The notes under the pieces were generated by a model. That model saw nothing but the letters and a program-made list of their open reading frames with translations, was not told the origin of the DNA and did no database searches. A DNA stretch of 64,000 bases from Octopus sinensis. Taxonomy: Eukaryota. The stretch's first letter is position 1; the number at the start of each line of letters is the position of its first letter. Shown here in pieces: positions 50,170 through 62,292 of this stretch. The position numbers and the translations under genes are program-made. The stretch lies in NCBI RefSeq assembly GCF_006345805.1, contig NC_043002.1, forward strand, positions 992,001 to 1,056,000, given 5' to 3'.

Positions 50170-51520
50170 ATTAATCTTTTGGTGCTTCAACTTGTCAGCC
50201 GAGAAAGTTTGTCAGCTGCCGCAATTATCCTATAATTGTTTGTTTCTGGAAAGATAAATACACAGAGGTCCGTGTTTTGTCTCTCTTCTGCTTGTGTCAA
50301 TGTTCAGTCTTTACAAGAGAAGATACAAGATCTGAGTTTGTTATTAAAGGAGATGTTGAGGCTTGATTATAGTTTTTGATCAATGGTGTTTCTCTTTGAC
50401 CACAAGCTAATCTTCAAAATGAAATTGAAGGAATTCTTTCAGTTTTGTATTCCTCAAAGAGTGTTTGCACTGAGACACATAAACCTCTTCTCTGGCAGGT
50501 TGCTGGTTCTTTTCTTCAAGATTGCCGTTGTTATAGACTCGGTCCATTTATCTGGCAGATGATTATGAAATTCACAATTAGAAGATTGATACAAAAATCT
50601 TTGAAGCACATCCAAACAGATTTCATCTGGTCCAGCAACTTTTTCAACAGACGGTTGCTGACGTCACTTCCTGTAATCCCTTTTTATGAAGGTTTCAGTG
50701 AATACAAGAGAAGAAGTAATTAGATCGTAAAGGGATTCAAAGCTGGAACATTTTATAACTTTTCAAACTAAAATTGAACCGTATCAAAGTCTGTCATTAC
50801 AACTGAAGTTTGTTTGTTTTCCATTTTCTGCTAGTAATCTCGTCAATATTAACTCCTGTTATTCCAGTTTCGTGGTTCTTCATGATTTCACGAACTAATC
50901 CTTCTCTTCATTTTCTAACTCGATATTTTGAGATGTGCAGGAAACATTCTCACTTGGAAATCTCTTACTTTATTTCCGATTCGATCTCTATCCAATAAAC
51001 GCTGATTTCACTTTGGTCATCTTTTCTAAGTATTTCATCTGCAGTATGTATTATCGATTTTGTAAAAGCTTTATTTCCTGTCTAAAAAGCAAACTTTTTA
51101 AATACTTCACCGACAAAATAACACCTTGTTACATTGATGCATCGTACAAGACAGCAAAGTTTTTTTTTTCAATTATCCATTCTTCTTGTTTTCTTCCTTG
51201 CTTTAAGCAAAATTATCAAGGAGTTGGCGAATCGTTAAGTTTGATGTACTTTCACATCAATGTTTAACTTTAGTCACAAGTTTTCTACAGCGTTGATACG
51301 ATGTAAATATACAAGACCAACTTGGACGCTCTTCCTTGTAGTTTAGATTCCGTTACAAATGGACTTTTTTCTTTTGACAAAAAATATAACAACGTCCACA
51401 TTCGTGACCTCAATTATAAGAATATTTCGACCAGTTATTTTGTTTGCTGTCGCATATCTCTGTAACATTGATTTGTTCATCAACCTCCTCTGAGTAACTA
51501 TGGATACCAACACGGAAGTG
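50170..51520 (-). mobile_element. Highly degenerate LINE (RTE-like) endonuclease-to-RT remnant
   Basis: Minus-strand peptides EKVAGPDEICLDVLQ (cf. KAxGPDxI) and PDKWTESITTAILKK (cf. PxxWxxSxIxPIPKK) occur in the correct order, with many stops. Confidence 0.6.
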
Positions 51521-52737
51521 TTTTACCACTCATTTGAAAGGACACATTGGTGCAATGCAGTAAAGGTTACTGTGTTACTAATTGTATGTGGAGTAACGAG
51601 TCGACTCCATCGTCCATAACTTCATGCATGAAACGGAAGGAAACAAGCTTTTGCCATCTTTATTTTACATAAGAACGGGAAGCTTGTTGCGTGTGGGCAT
51701 CTGCGCACACATACTCAACTGTCACATGAACGCACTCTCTTTCTCACACACTTGCACTCTCACTTTCTCTCTCTCTCCTTCTCACACCTGTATAATTACA
51801 TGAATAGAGAACAAAACAAAAATAAAACCTAGGCGAGACAGATCAGAAGCTAAACCTGGAGCAGAGAAAGTATGACGACAAAAGGACTTTGACAACCATA
51901 ACTGATTAATAGCAAATCAATCAAGTAATTAGTTAACCAAGTAGTTAGTCAAATGACAAATATAAAGTGAAATCGAACCAGTGCATGTGTTTAGTATTGG
52001 CATAATGTCCCTTCCAAGATACAACATGGTAAGTTGTTGCTGAGCATAAAACTTGTTGAACTTTTCCATTTCAATAATTGTTTTATCTTCAGATCAATTA
52101 CAATAAATTCCAGTCATCCTGTTGTCCATTGAGCATTTGCATATCTTGGACTATATTGTCCAATGTGTGCCTCTTTTTAAAGGAAATATGATTTGAGGGA
52201 AATTTGGTTTCCATTTCTAGCAGTTTGAACAACCATAGAAGCTGCCTTCTTAGTTTGATCTCAACAGATAGTTTCTATTGGTAGCTTGTTGGGGCGAGGC
52301 GGTGTGTGGCCAATTGATTCCAGACAGCTACAGTATCTGGCTTCTTTTTTTGACTTTGACCAAAGATCCGTTTTTATTTTTTCTATTCTTTTTTGTATTT
52401 AATTAATTTTTTTAATGTATATAGTTATTTAATTCCATTTGTTTGTTTGTTATAATACAATACAAATCTAAACAAATGGAATTATACATCAAAAAAATTA
52501 TATCAAGTACAAAAAAGCCCAGAAAGAATAGAAAGAAAAAGTAGGTATAAACAATTGAACAAAATAAAAAAAAATTAAATGAACGTGTATAACCAGGGGA
52601 TACGGATAATTCAGGCACCCCCCCACACTAAACAGACACACATGGGGGTATACGCATGCGCAAATAATGACAATAGGAATACAAAATGGCTGATCGTTAG
52701 TAAGGAAAGACGCACAAATAAGAAAGAAGAAATCAAT

Positions 52738-52782
52738 GGACCACTGATGAGGTCACAGAAGTGTGACGAAAGAACTCTGGCC
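52738..52782 (+). ncRNA. Candidate minimal type I hammerhead ribozyme within a repeat (about 52690-52885)
   Basis: GGACCA-CUGAUGA-G-GUCACA(GAAG)UGUGAC-GAAA-G(AA)C-UC-UGGCC: both conserved core boxes, a perfect 6-bp stem II, a 2-bp stem III, a CUC cleavage triplet, and stem I UGG/CCA extendable by CC/GG around a bulged A. Confidence 0.6.
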
Positions 52783-53387
52783 GAAATACAATATGAAATA
52801 AAGCTGAAGCAAATGAACACCAAATATATAGTGCATGTGTTTTCATTGGCTGAACTGGCAACGAGGCCATCCCCAAACACAACAATAAATTATATTTTAA
52901 TTAAGCTTAAATGATAGAGCTCAATTCGAAGAATTTCATGATATCAATCTCATGTAATGAAGTTTTAAAAGAAAAAAAGTTATGAGTGTTTGTTTATAAA
53001 ATTTGAGGGTGATAATATATTTGTATACTTTTTTATGAATATAGTTCTATAAGGGGACTTAGAAGTAAGGAAAAATTATCAACGGCACCGCTAATTGACC
53101 CATTTGACACATTATTAATTAGCATAACAGCGTAGCCTGGAAAAAACATGGATTACATGGGAAAACACGAGTAAGAGAAATAATATTCTTAAGATTATAA
53201 ACCTGGAAAAGTACAGGACAAGTTATTACTGTTGGAAAAGTTGAGGACAACTTATTAGATCTGGTAAAGTACAGAACTAGAAAATGTTTTACTTCAAATA
53301 TTGCAGCTAAGGATAAAATTTGAATATTAAAAATTATTTGATTTTAATTTACAAAGTAACACTATAATTAAAAAGGGTACCATCATT

Positions 53388-53752
53388 TTGGGGAGGGGCC
53401 AGTCAATTAGGTCGACCCCAGTACGCAACTGGTACTTAATTTATCGACCTCGAAGGGATGAAAAGCAAAGTCGACCACGGCAGAATTTGAACTCAGAACG
53501 TAAAGGCAGACAAAATACCTATTTCTTTACTACCCACAAGGGGCTAAACACAGAGAGGACAAACAAGGACAGATAAACGGATTAAGTCGATTATATCGAC
53601 CCCAGTGTGTAACTGCTACTTATTTAATCGACCCCGAAAGGATGAAAGGCAAAGTCGACCTCGGCGGAATTTGAACTCTGAACGTAGCGGCAGACGAAAT
53701 ACCGCTAAGCATTTTGTCAGACGTGCTAACGTTTCTGCCAGCTCGCCGCCTT
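53388..53752 (-). mobile_element. Tandem dimer of family A SINEs: a full copy followed by a 5'-truncated copy
   Basis: On the minus strand: GGCGGCGAGCTGGCAGAAACGTTAGCACG...GAGTTCAAATTCCGCCGAGGTCGAC, then the tail ...GCCCCTTGTGGGTAGTAAAGAAATA, then a second GGTATTTTGTCTG...GAGTTCAAATTCTGCCGTGGTCGAC body. Confidence 0.9.
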
Positions 53753-53911
53753 ATTGACACACTAGAATACTTAAAGAATGAAAGCCAAAAGTTCTAATAT
53801 AGCTAAAGCCTTATGAAAAATAGTTGAAATGTCATTAAAATGGCACTAAAATTGACGCTTCTGATCTTCATGAAATACAGAGTAACTTCGAAATTTCAAA
53901 CGCAACATTAG

Positions 53912-54125
53912 TTTCAGATTTTGGCACAAAACCGGTAATTTCGGGGAAAGGCACAAGTCAGTTACATCGACCCCAGTACTCAACTGGTACTTATTTTATC
54001 GACCTCCGAAAGGATGAAAGGCAGAGTCGACCTTGGCGGAATTTGAACTCAGAACATAAAGACGGACGAAAGACCGCTAAGCAGTTTTCCCGGCGTGCTA
54101 ACGATTCTGTCTGTTCGTCACCTTA
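53912..54125 (-). mobile_element. tRNA-derived SINE, family A, full length
   Basis: Reverse complement: AAGGTGACGAACAGACAGAATCGTTAGCACGCCGGG...GAGTTCAAATTCCGCCAAGGTCGAC...CCGGTTTTGTGCCAAAATCTGAA. Confidence 0.9.
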
Positions 54126-54264
54126 GTTTCATATGCAGTAAATAGAATAGGTGACTTAATAAATGTAGCTGACTTTTGAACGTTTTTAATAAATATGTTT
54201 ATAATATATTATGTTAATGAATAAGTGTCTCCTATAACGGATTTATAATATATGATTTATAATA

Positions 54265-54425
54265 TATCATCATCATCATTATTTAAAGTCCGTTGTCTAT
54301 GCTGGCATGGGCTGGACGGTTTGACCAGAGCTGGCAAGCACAGGACTCCCCTCTGATTTGGCACGGTTTTTACGGTTGGATGCTCTTTCCAGCATCAACC
54401 ACGTAGTTTCGCACGGGCATTTTTA
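54265..54425 (-). mobile_element. SINE/RTE 3' tail fragment
   Basis: (CAT)n...GTCCGTTGTCTATGCTGGCATGGGCTGGACGGTTTGAC...GGTTGGATGCTCTTTCC. Confidence 0.8.
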
Positions 54426-55237
54426 CGTGACACCGCCACGCATGTTTTATACTACCAGAGGGACCGGGCCTAACACTTCTGCTGCAGGGTACGGGTCTTC
54501 TTGCCGCATGAATAAATGTGGCCTCTATATCTGATGTCTGAACATTTATATGCAATATAACAAAATGTTTCTTTCCTATGAAATTCTTCGTACAGTTTAA
54601 TATTTTCAGATTGGTTTTGATGTTTGTATTTTTGGCGTAATTAATCTGAAAACTTATTTGGCAGCCTTCATAAAAAAACAACAAAAATCTGATAAAATCT
54701 TAATTTAGCAGAGAAGAAACAAAGACTCATTGTATAAGGGTGAATTAATTTCTTAGTGGAGATCAGATTTTAAGACTGGATTAGTCTTTATATCAAAATA
54801 CGTGATTAATATTTTCTCCATAACTGTTGAAGAATTATGAATAAAGATAACGGACAAAGTCTCCAGACTTTGTCCGTTATCTTTAAGAAAAACCAAAACT
54901 TATCTGCTTAAATTGGGAAGTTGTTAGACGTCAAATGAGTTTAAATAGTTTGGTAAGTTAGGCAATAAAACTGCTATAATTATCTTATTTGAAGCATGTT
55001 TTGTGCCAGGAGCTGCAACAAACTTGAATAGCAAAAGTTGTGTTGCAGAAGGAATCCATTGTTGTGAAAAACATAAGAAATATAAATGAGGACTTAAACA
55101 CACGGAACTCATTGGAAAGAGAAATCGGTTTATCCTGACTCAATAATGGTTAAAAAAAAATCTTAGTCGGTTTCAAAAAGTAAAATTCTCTCATATTTAA
55201 AAAAATATTTTTCTCTTTCATTATTTAACAATTTATA

Positions 55238-55398
55238 AAGGCGGTGAGCTCGAAGAATCGTTCGCAAGCCGGGCTACGTTCTGAATTCAAAGGAGGATTT
55301 CGATAAAATGAGGACCGGTTGAACACTGGGTCGATGTAATCGATTTATCCCGCCTCCCCGAAATTGTTGGCCGTGTGTCAAGATTTGAAACCATTATC
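55238..55398 (+). mobile_element. tRNA-derived SINE, family A, internally deleted
   Basis: AAGGCGGTGAGCTCGAAGAATCGTT...GTTCTGAATTCAAA...CTGGGTCGATGTAATCGA...GTGTCAAGATTTGAAACC. Confidence 0.75.
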
Positions 55399-56520
55399 AG
55401 TAGATTCTTTACTGTGTATTCAACATCTTTAAAGGATTCTAAATTCAATGTGAACTTTTTAAGATTTAATTTTTTTAAAACATTGTTTTTGCATCTATCA
55501 AACCCAACTTCAATATTCATTAGGCTTTATGATTTATTCGTAATGATCATTAGGCTCGTGTATCTATATTTAGCCAGATCAATATAAACAAACTTTTCAA
55601 TTAATCTAAAAGAGTTGTCAAATATTTCTGATTTCATTTTTGTGAAAACGGAGCTTTTATTGTTCAACACCATCTTACATTGCTCAGGAGCCATACCCCC
55701 CCCCCTCTCTATAGAATTTATAGCAACCACCTCCTTTTCTGCTACAGCTGATCTCCATCTTAGCTCCATTTCTTTGTCATCTTCAGCTTAACTTGTATTA
55801 TTATGATATTCTGATAGAAATGGGGTCCGACGGAAACCTGCAGCAAAGGAAACAGATCAAACTACTTTCCATTTCACTCTTTTATAAACTTCGGGTTTTC
55901 TTATAAATCTTTAAAAATTATGAAATATTTCAAAGTCATTTCACAAATTGTTTTTTCATTTCTCTTCCATGATTCCTTATTTTACAGGTTTTGATCGTTC
56001 TTTAAAAATGAGGAACAATACATTGAACAAGGTTGTCATATACAAAATCATAATTACACACACACCCGAACATACAGAAAGAACAAAACAAACCACACGA
56101 GGGTGCAAGAGGTTTTCTTAGTTTATCTGATAATTTAAGGAAACTATTTTCTATTTTACAATAACAGTTGTCCGAACTTTTCATTGCTTTTGTGTATTAA
56201 AATCAGTGTACACATAAATATACATAAGAAAACCCGAAGTTTATAAAAGAGTGAAATGGAAAGTAGTTTGATCTGTTTCCTTTGCTCATATATATATACA
56301 TGATACATACATTATATTATATACATACATCACACGCATACGTATACATCATATATACTTCCATATATACATTATACATACACCATACATAAACAATATT
56401 TGTATTTGATGATGTATATCTGGAGAAAGTATCTGATGGACTCTTCACGATATAGACTTATTAATACTAAAATAATTAACTGTAACCAAACAGTTTGTGG
56501 GAGTCATGGAAGTTATTTAT

Positions 56521-56522
<2 letters not shown>

Positions 56523-56591
<69 letters not shown>
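56523..56591. repeat. (GA)n microsatellite
   Basis: Directly visible. Confidence 0.97.
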
Positions 56592-57090
56592 CTGTTCCCT
56601 ACGGCTTTCTTCTAAGTTCCCTTCAATTATGGAGGCTGAACGAATGAGATCAAGTCCGATATTCCTTGTCTTAGTCGTAGAAAATAATGCAAACATGAAA
56701 GAGCGAAATGGCAACATAGTAAGGACCAGAGATGAGGCTGATAGAAAGCCAGGAACAAATGTGGTGGATGCATTCACTTGTTTTTCTTTTTTTAAACCTA
56801 CAGAAAATAATTGAGCTGAGAGAAAAGCTGTGAGTTAAAGAAAAAGCTGTTAAAGTGTACAGAAAAGGCAGAAACGTGTGATATAAATGGATGAGAAGTG
56901 TTGGAAGAAAAAGTGGTGTGTATTATCATTGCTGGGTATCAATGGAAGAGAACTCAGGTACAAGAAGGAATGGTGAAGGTAGATTTTAGGATACTGGGTC
57001 TTACACAAATGATGAAAAAATATGATTGACATTATTATAATGCTTACCAACGTTGGTGATAGCATTGAAAATGACTGTCATGATGATGCC

Positions 57091-57138
<48 letters not shown>

Positions 57139-57189
57139 TATATGTATGTATGTATAAAATCTTAATCTATGAAAAATATGTCAACAGCA

Positions 57190-58690
57190 ACTAAGACGCA
57201 TTACCTGAAAACGCTATTGCCAAAAAACCGAGAGTTTTATCAAGAGACGAAGTTGGGAAATGTATCACAATGAAAACAGGGCAAATAGATGAACAAGCAA
57301 CCAACAGCTACGGATTCAGTCAAATTCCCCCCACACATTCCAGTACTGCAACTCTTTGAGGTTGATATATTCGCAAAGAAATACAATTTAAAATGCAAAT
57401 CAAAGGACTTGAGAAAGAACTGAAACAGAAAATTCAACCTAAAAAAAACATGCAGAAATGTGTTTGTAAAATAGAAGAAGACAACTATTATTAGATTAGT
57501 GAAACTGCTTATAACCTCTTCCTTATAACCTCTTCCTTTCTGACACAATCTCCAACAATTACAGAAAAGCTGCTTTGAACTTCTTAAACATCACAGCCCC
57601 AAAGTAGTCACAAGCTTAAACTAGACGATAGAATAGACATATTAACACCAAAATGCTTCTACGTAACAGAGAAGGACCATTAAAGTAATCTCAATAGTAA
57701 CATGGATCTGTCAAACCTATAAGCCATTCGAAACCGAACTTAGGCTTTATTAGTAAAAGCACGCACGAACACACAAATTCTCAAAAAAAAACGAAAAATC
57801 CAGTATATACATAGACAATCCAACCATCCCAAAAGCATGATTATAAATCTAGTGAGGAACATATTTCTAAGACTTTCCAAATGCTCAACGATATAGCAAC
57901 TCCATATTACGAAGCTCTCAATAATAGCGGTTACAAAGAAAAAGTAAATATATAAGTAACACTATAGCTACAATGAATAAAAATAAGAACATACAAGTAG
58001 AAAAAGGCAAATTACTTGTTCAATTCCCCTCTCAATATTCAAGTCTCAAATAGCCAAATTATTTTTCAGAATACTTTGATGACCAACCAAACTTTACTCA
58101 TACACCTACACCCTTTTGTTAAGATTGAAGCAAAAATAAACTTCTATACTTATAATGCTATGACCTAAAGTTGACACAACTGGATCAAAACATCTGATTA
58201 CATAAGTATAAAATGCTAGACTGAACTCTGAACTATAAACTTCACATTCCCAAAATAAAGGGTTAAATCTCCATTTAGTATCCAAATAAAATCAACAACA
58301 ACTAAACTTAGTGACATCTGCTGAAAAACTAACCTTTTGGCCTACTTAAATTGTTTTGAAAAGCCCTAAAAACAACCCCAAGGCCTGAAGAGGATGTTCC
58401 TCAAGAGACACATCTGATAAAAAAAGTTCTACGTGTATAACTGAATTCTGAACACTAACACAGCTCTGAATTTAATGAAGAGAAACCTTCTATGATACCG
58501 TTTCATCCGAACCTAACATACAACCTGATTATCACTCAACAGAGCTCCGCCTTCCCCAGAAAGTCTTATGTTAACAGACACTATATAAAGCCTAAATGAA
58601 CCAAAATGTACCAGAGTCCGACAATGGCCTACCAGGCCGAAACTGGGAAGTCCCTGTCAATCCTGTTCCTGTGAAAGAACCATAAATATT
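57190..58690 (+). mobile_element. Penelope-like element (PLE) remnant, internally deleted and degenerate
   Basis: Frameshifted peptides NSYGF..PPHIPVLQLFEVDI (N-terminal region), QYIHRQSNHPKSMIINLVRNI, ATPYYEALNNSGYKE and RKRQIT resemble PLE motifs as I recall them (YIxxxSNHP, PYYxxALxxSGY, RKRxIxWFNPP). A degenerate hammerhead-like motif lies near the 3' end. Confidence 0.75.
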
Positions 58691-58764
58691 CTCTCAGCAA
58701 AAAGTATTGAATAATTCTTCAGTTTAATGTAAAATTGTTTTTATTATAGCACAACATAAAAAAT

Positions 58765-59070
58765 GTAACTCCGTCCGTTGCGACGACGCACGTTCTACTT
58801 GATCTGATCTACGGAAGAACCTGCTCGTGAAATGAATGTGAAAGTGGCTGAGCACCCCACAGACACGCGTATCCTTAATGGAGTTCTCAGGGAGATTCAG
58901 TGTGACAAGGATGACCCTTTGAAATACAAGCAGACCTCATTTTTGCCAGCTGAGTGGACTGGAGCAACATGAAATAAAGTTGCTCAAAGACATGGCGCGC
59001 CGCTGGGAATCGAACTGAAGATCGTAAGATAGTAAGCCAAAGACCTTAACCATTAAGCCACGTGCCTTCC
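58765..59070 (-). mobile_element. tRNA-derived SINE, family C
   Basis: Reverse complement begins GGCACGTGGCTTAATGGTTAAGG (A box)...CAGTTCGATTCCC (B box)...GCTCCAGTCCACTCAGCTGGCAAAAATGAG and ends ...CGTCGTCGCAACGGACGGAGT. Confidence 0.85.
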
Positions 59071-59784
59071 CACATAAACACACACACACACATGTACGCG
59101 CGCACACACGTGTATGTGTGTGATGCTTAGTTGAATCTCTCCTTTTCCAAGTTCGCATGACTTGAACAGGAATTTATTTTGAGGCAGGATTTTGCAGCCT
59201 GTTTGCTTGGTAAGACACCTCAATATTCCATAAATTCTATAAACAGAAAAAAATATTTGACAAAATGACAAAATGTCAGTAGATGTTTGATCTGAATATT
59301 TTCAAATTAAAAAATTGAATTTCACTGGTGTTTTTAACAAAGGTCATATTTTATTTTCAAAACTTAATTTAATTAGATGTGGAATAAAATGTTAAATAAC
59401 AACGATTCTATTTTTTTCTTGCTGCCAACTTGTTCGACGAAAACAGATGTTCTATGAGGAATTTCATTAAAACCTTCTCTACTAACGAGTATATTAGCTT
59501 TTATATAAAACGTTTAGGGGGATGCCAAAATCTTTTGATTGTTGTTCAGAGTGTCTCATTGGGGGCGGGGTGTATGTCTCTTTTAATTATCAATGGATAA
59601 GTTTTGATATTTGGGAATTAGTCAAATCATTTTGAAATATCGTAATTTTGCAAGGAAAAATTATTTTGTTGAATCTTTTGATTAAATTTAATATCCTCCC
59701 CACCCCAAATGTAACTTGCTTTATGGTGTTATCTTCATGTATCATTTTAATATGAATTTGATCACTTTCCAGATTCTCACATTT

Positions 59785-59847
<63 letters not shown>
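59785..59847. repeat. (CA)n microsatellite
   Basis: Directly visible. Confidence 0.97.
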
Positions 59848-59848
<1 letters not shown>

Positions 59849-59954
59849 GTACACTTATACGAATAAACATTGACCTTTGTTTATATAATAATCTTTTTTA
59901 AGTTGAATTCCTTAATTTAGGATGGAACTATATTTTAGATAACAATATATTTGT

Positions 59955-60113
59955 AAACAATTGCAGCGTGGAAGGTGTTTATAAGCCATTTAAGAAACAC
60001 ACAAAAACCGTTAGATTCACCTCAACAAATTAAATTTAAATGTTGAAGTGAATCTAACGGTTTTTGTGTGTTTCTTAAATGGCTTATAAGCACCTTCCAC
60101 GCTGCAATTGTTT
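59955..60113. repeat. Near-perfect palindrome, 73-bp arms, 13-nt spacer
   Basis: 59955-60027 matches the reverse complement of 60041-60113 with 2 mismatches. Confidence 0.95.
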
Positions 60114-60834
60114 TCGTTCCAGCACACGATCTCAGATCAGGTCACTTGCTATGCAAGTAAATCTCCGTAATATATTTGTACTCCTCAATAATAATGCTTT
60201 ATTTTATACACGAACTCATTTATAGTAAACAACCTTTTAATGGGCTGAAATGAAGACAAAGAATGATCCATATTTTAAGATCAACAATTTCTTTTATTTT
60301 TGTTACGGGATTGAATTGATTACAATGGAGAGATTGAAGTCACAGACAGACAGACAGTTAATGTAATTTTTAGATGTTACTTTCTTAAATACGCCAAAAA
60401 GGGTCTTAGCAGAGAAGGTACCAAAAAGGTTGTGAGTGGTCAGTGATTGGTCAGTTCTAGCTAATGAAAAATGAATAGTCAAGCAGGGTCCAGTTTGTTA
60501 TGTCCAGGACAACCAAATTTATATGAATCAAATTTTTGATATCGAGAATGTCAATGGTTTGATGACAGCTTTATCTTAAAGAATAAAGAAGGAATTAACT
60601 AAACACATACGAGTGGTTATCCACCATTAAGTGTTACATATTAACGCTGCTCCCAAAGTGCGAAGAGAAGATATTCACAAAAGTATGAACATCATTACTT
60701 CCCATTTATAATTGTTTCTGTTTAAATTTACATCCAATTAAGAAATTGTTATTAATTTAAAAGTCATGTCTGAGTCATTTATTTCATTTGGCCTTTTGAA
60801 TAGTTTGTGCTTACTTGATGCCATATTGAGAAAG

Positions 60835-61105
60835 TGTGTGTGTGTGTGTGTGTGTGTGTGGTGAGTGAGAGAGAGAGAGAAAGAGAGAGAGAGAGAAGGA
60901 GAGAGAGAGAAGGAGAGAGAGAGAAGGAGAGAGTGAGAGAGCGTGGGAAACAGAGGGAAATAGGAAGTATTGAAAATGTATTCTGTTAATAGCGTTAGAC
61001 GTTTCATGTTTCTCATAAAGCAATAGGGCAAACACATACACTCACACATATCAGAGAGAGAGAGAGAAGAGAGAGAGAGAGGGGAGAGAAGGGGAGAGAG
61101 AGTGC

Positions 61106-61141
<36 letters not shown>
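60835..61141. repeat. Compound (TG)n/(GA)n microsatellite cluster
   Basis: Two visible blocks at about 60835-60940 and 61052-61141. Confidence 0.93.
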
Positions 61142-61143
<2 letters not shown>

Positions 61144-61951
61144 AAAACAAAATGAGAGTGAATGAGAAAATTTCTTAATGATGCAAATGATTTATGGAAA
61201 TCTAAAATAGTTTTAAATTGTAGATGATGTCAATGAACGAGCATTTTGAAGTGAGAACCTGTTTGAAATAATCAGGGTTAAAAGTAGGAAATATTTGAAG
61301 GTTGCAGAATAAAACAAAGAACAACAAAATAATGCTTTGACGCATCTCTCTAGATTAAAGAAATCAAAATTGTTTAATGATCTGAAAGCCATTTCGAAAA
61401 ATGGAAACTCAGATCTGTGCAGAAAACACACACACACACCACACACACACACACACACACCTATATTTGTTCAATGAGATTGTAAATATTTGTTTTTTTA
61501 TGTTGTTGTGTCACTAAATTTATTGATTTCATCAAAACTATTCTCTCATCTGTGGAATCTTTTGGAAATTTTTCAAATGTTTCCGTTATTCTGACACAGC
61601 GAAATTCTAACTTATTTTTAAAGATAATTTACGGTGTTTACAAGGTAAGCCATTGCTGATAAGTCATTAATTAAAGATACAGAAGTTAACCATATTTAAT
61701 AATTGCAGCGTTCAAACCTAATTTTAATCTCTGTTACATGAAAAGTAGTGGAACATCTAATTCAATATTTTGATGTTAAAAACAACAATTCTAAGATTCT
61801 TAAAACTCAATGCGTTTAACACCTGCGACAATCTCATTCCAAGGTGTATTGTTGCTAAACCAAGTTTTTCGCACTAGATTCTGTTTCTTTGAGATTTTAT
61901 TTCCCCCACCTCCATACAGGGAACAGAAGTAATAACCTCTTTTACATTACT

Positions 61952-61998
<47 letters not shown>

Positions 61999-62292
61999 CA
62001 TCATCCTTGGATGGAATTTAGAAACATTTAATGCATCACTACGCGCGTTTCTGCAAGCCACACGTCTTTTAAGATCACAGTCCATAATACTGCGATAATT
62101 ACAGTAGTATCCGTGGGTGTTGATCATCTTCATTTCTTCCGGTTATTTCACATTAATGGAAGTACACCAGAGGGATACTTATCCCATTTTACAAGTATGA
62201 AGGTTAAGCGAGTTATGTGTGTATTTGGTGGGAAGGAGCGGAGGGGGTGGAAATAGAGGAAGGAAATTTAGCTATATGGGAATAGATGTGTG

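Noticed and set aside
55811-55838. CTGATAGA...GGAAAC next to the 63-bp inverted repeat as a hammerhead
   Set aside because: The first box is non-canonical and no convincing stem II forms.
58385-58415. CTGAAGAGGATGTTCCTCAAGAGAC as another hammerhead
   Set aside because: There is no GAAA box at the right position and no stem I or III.
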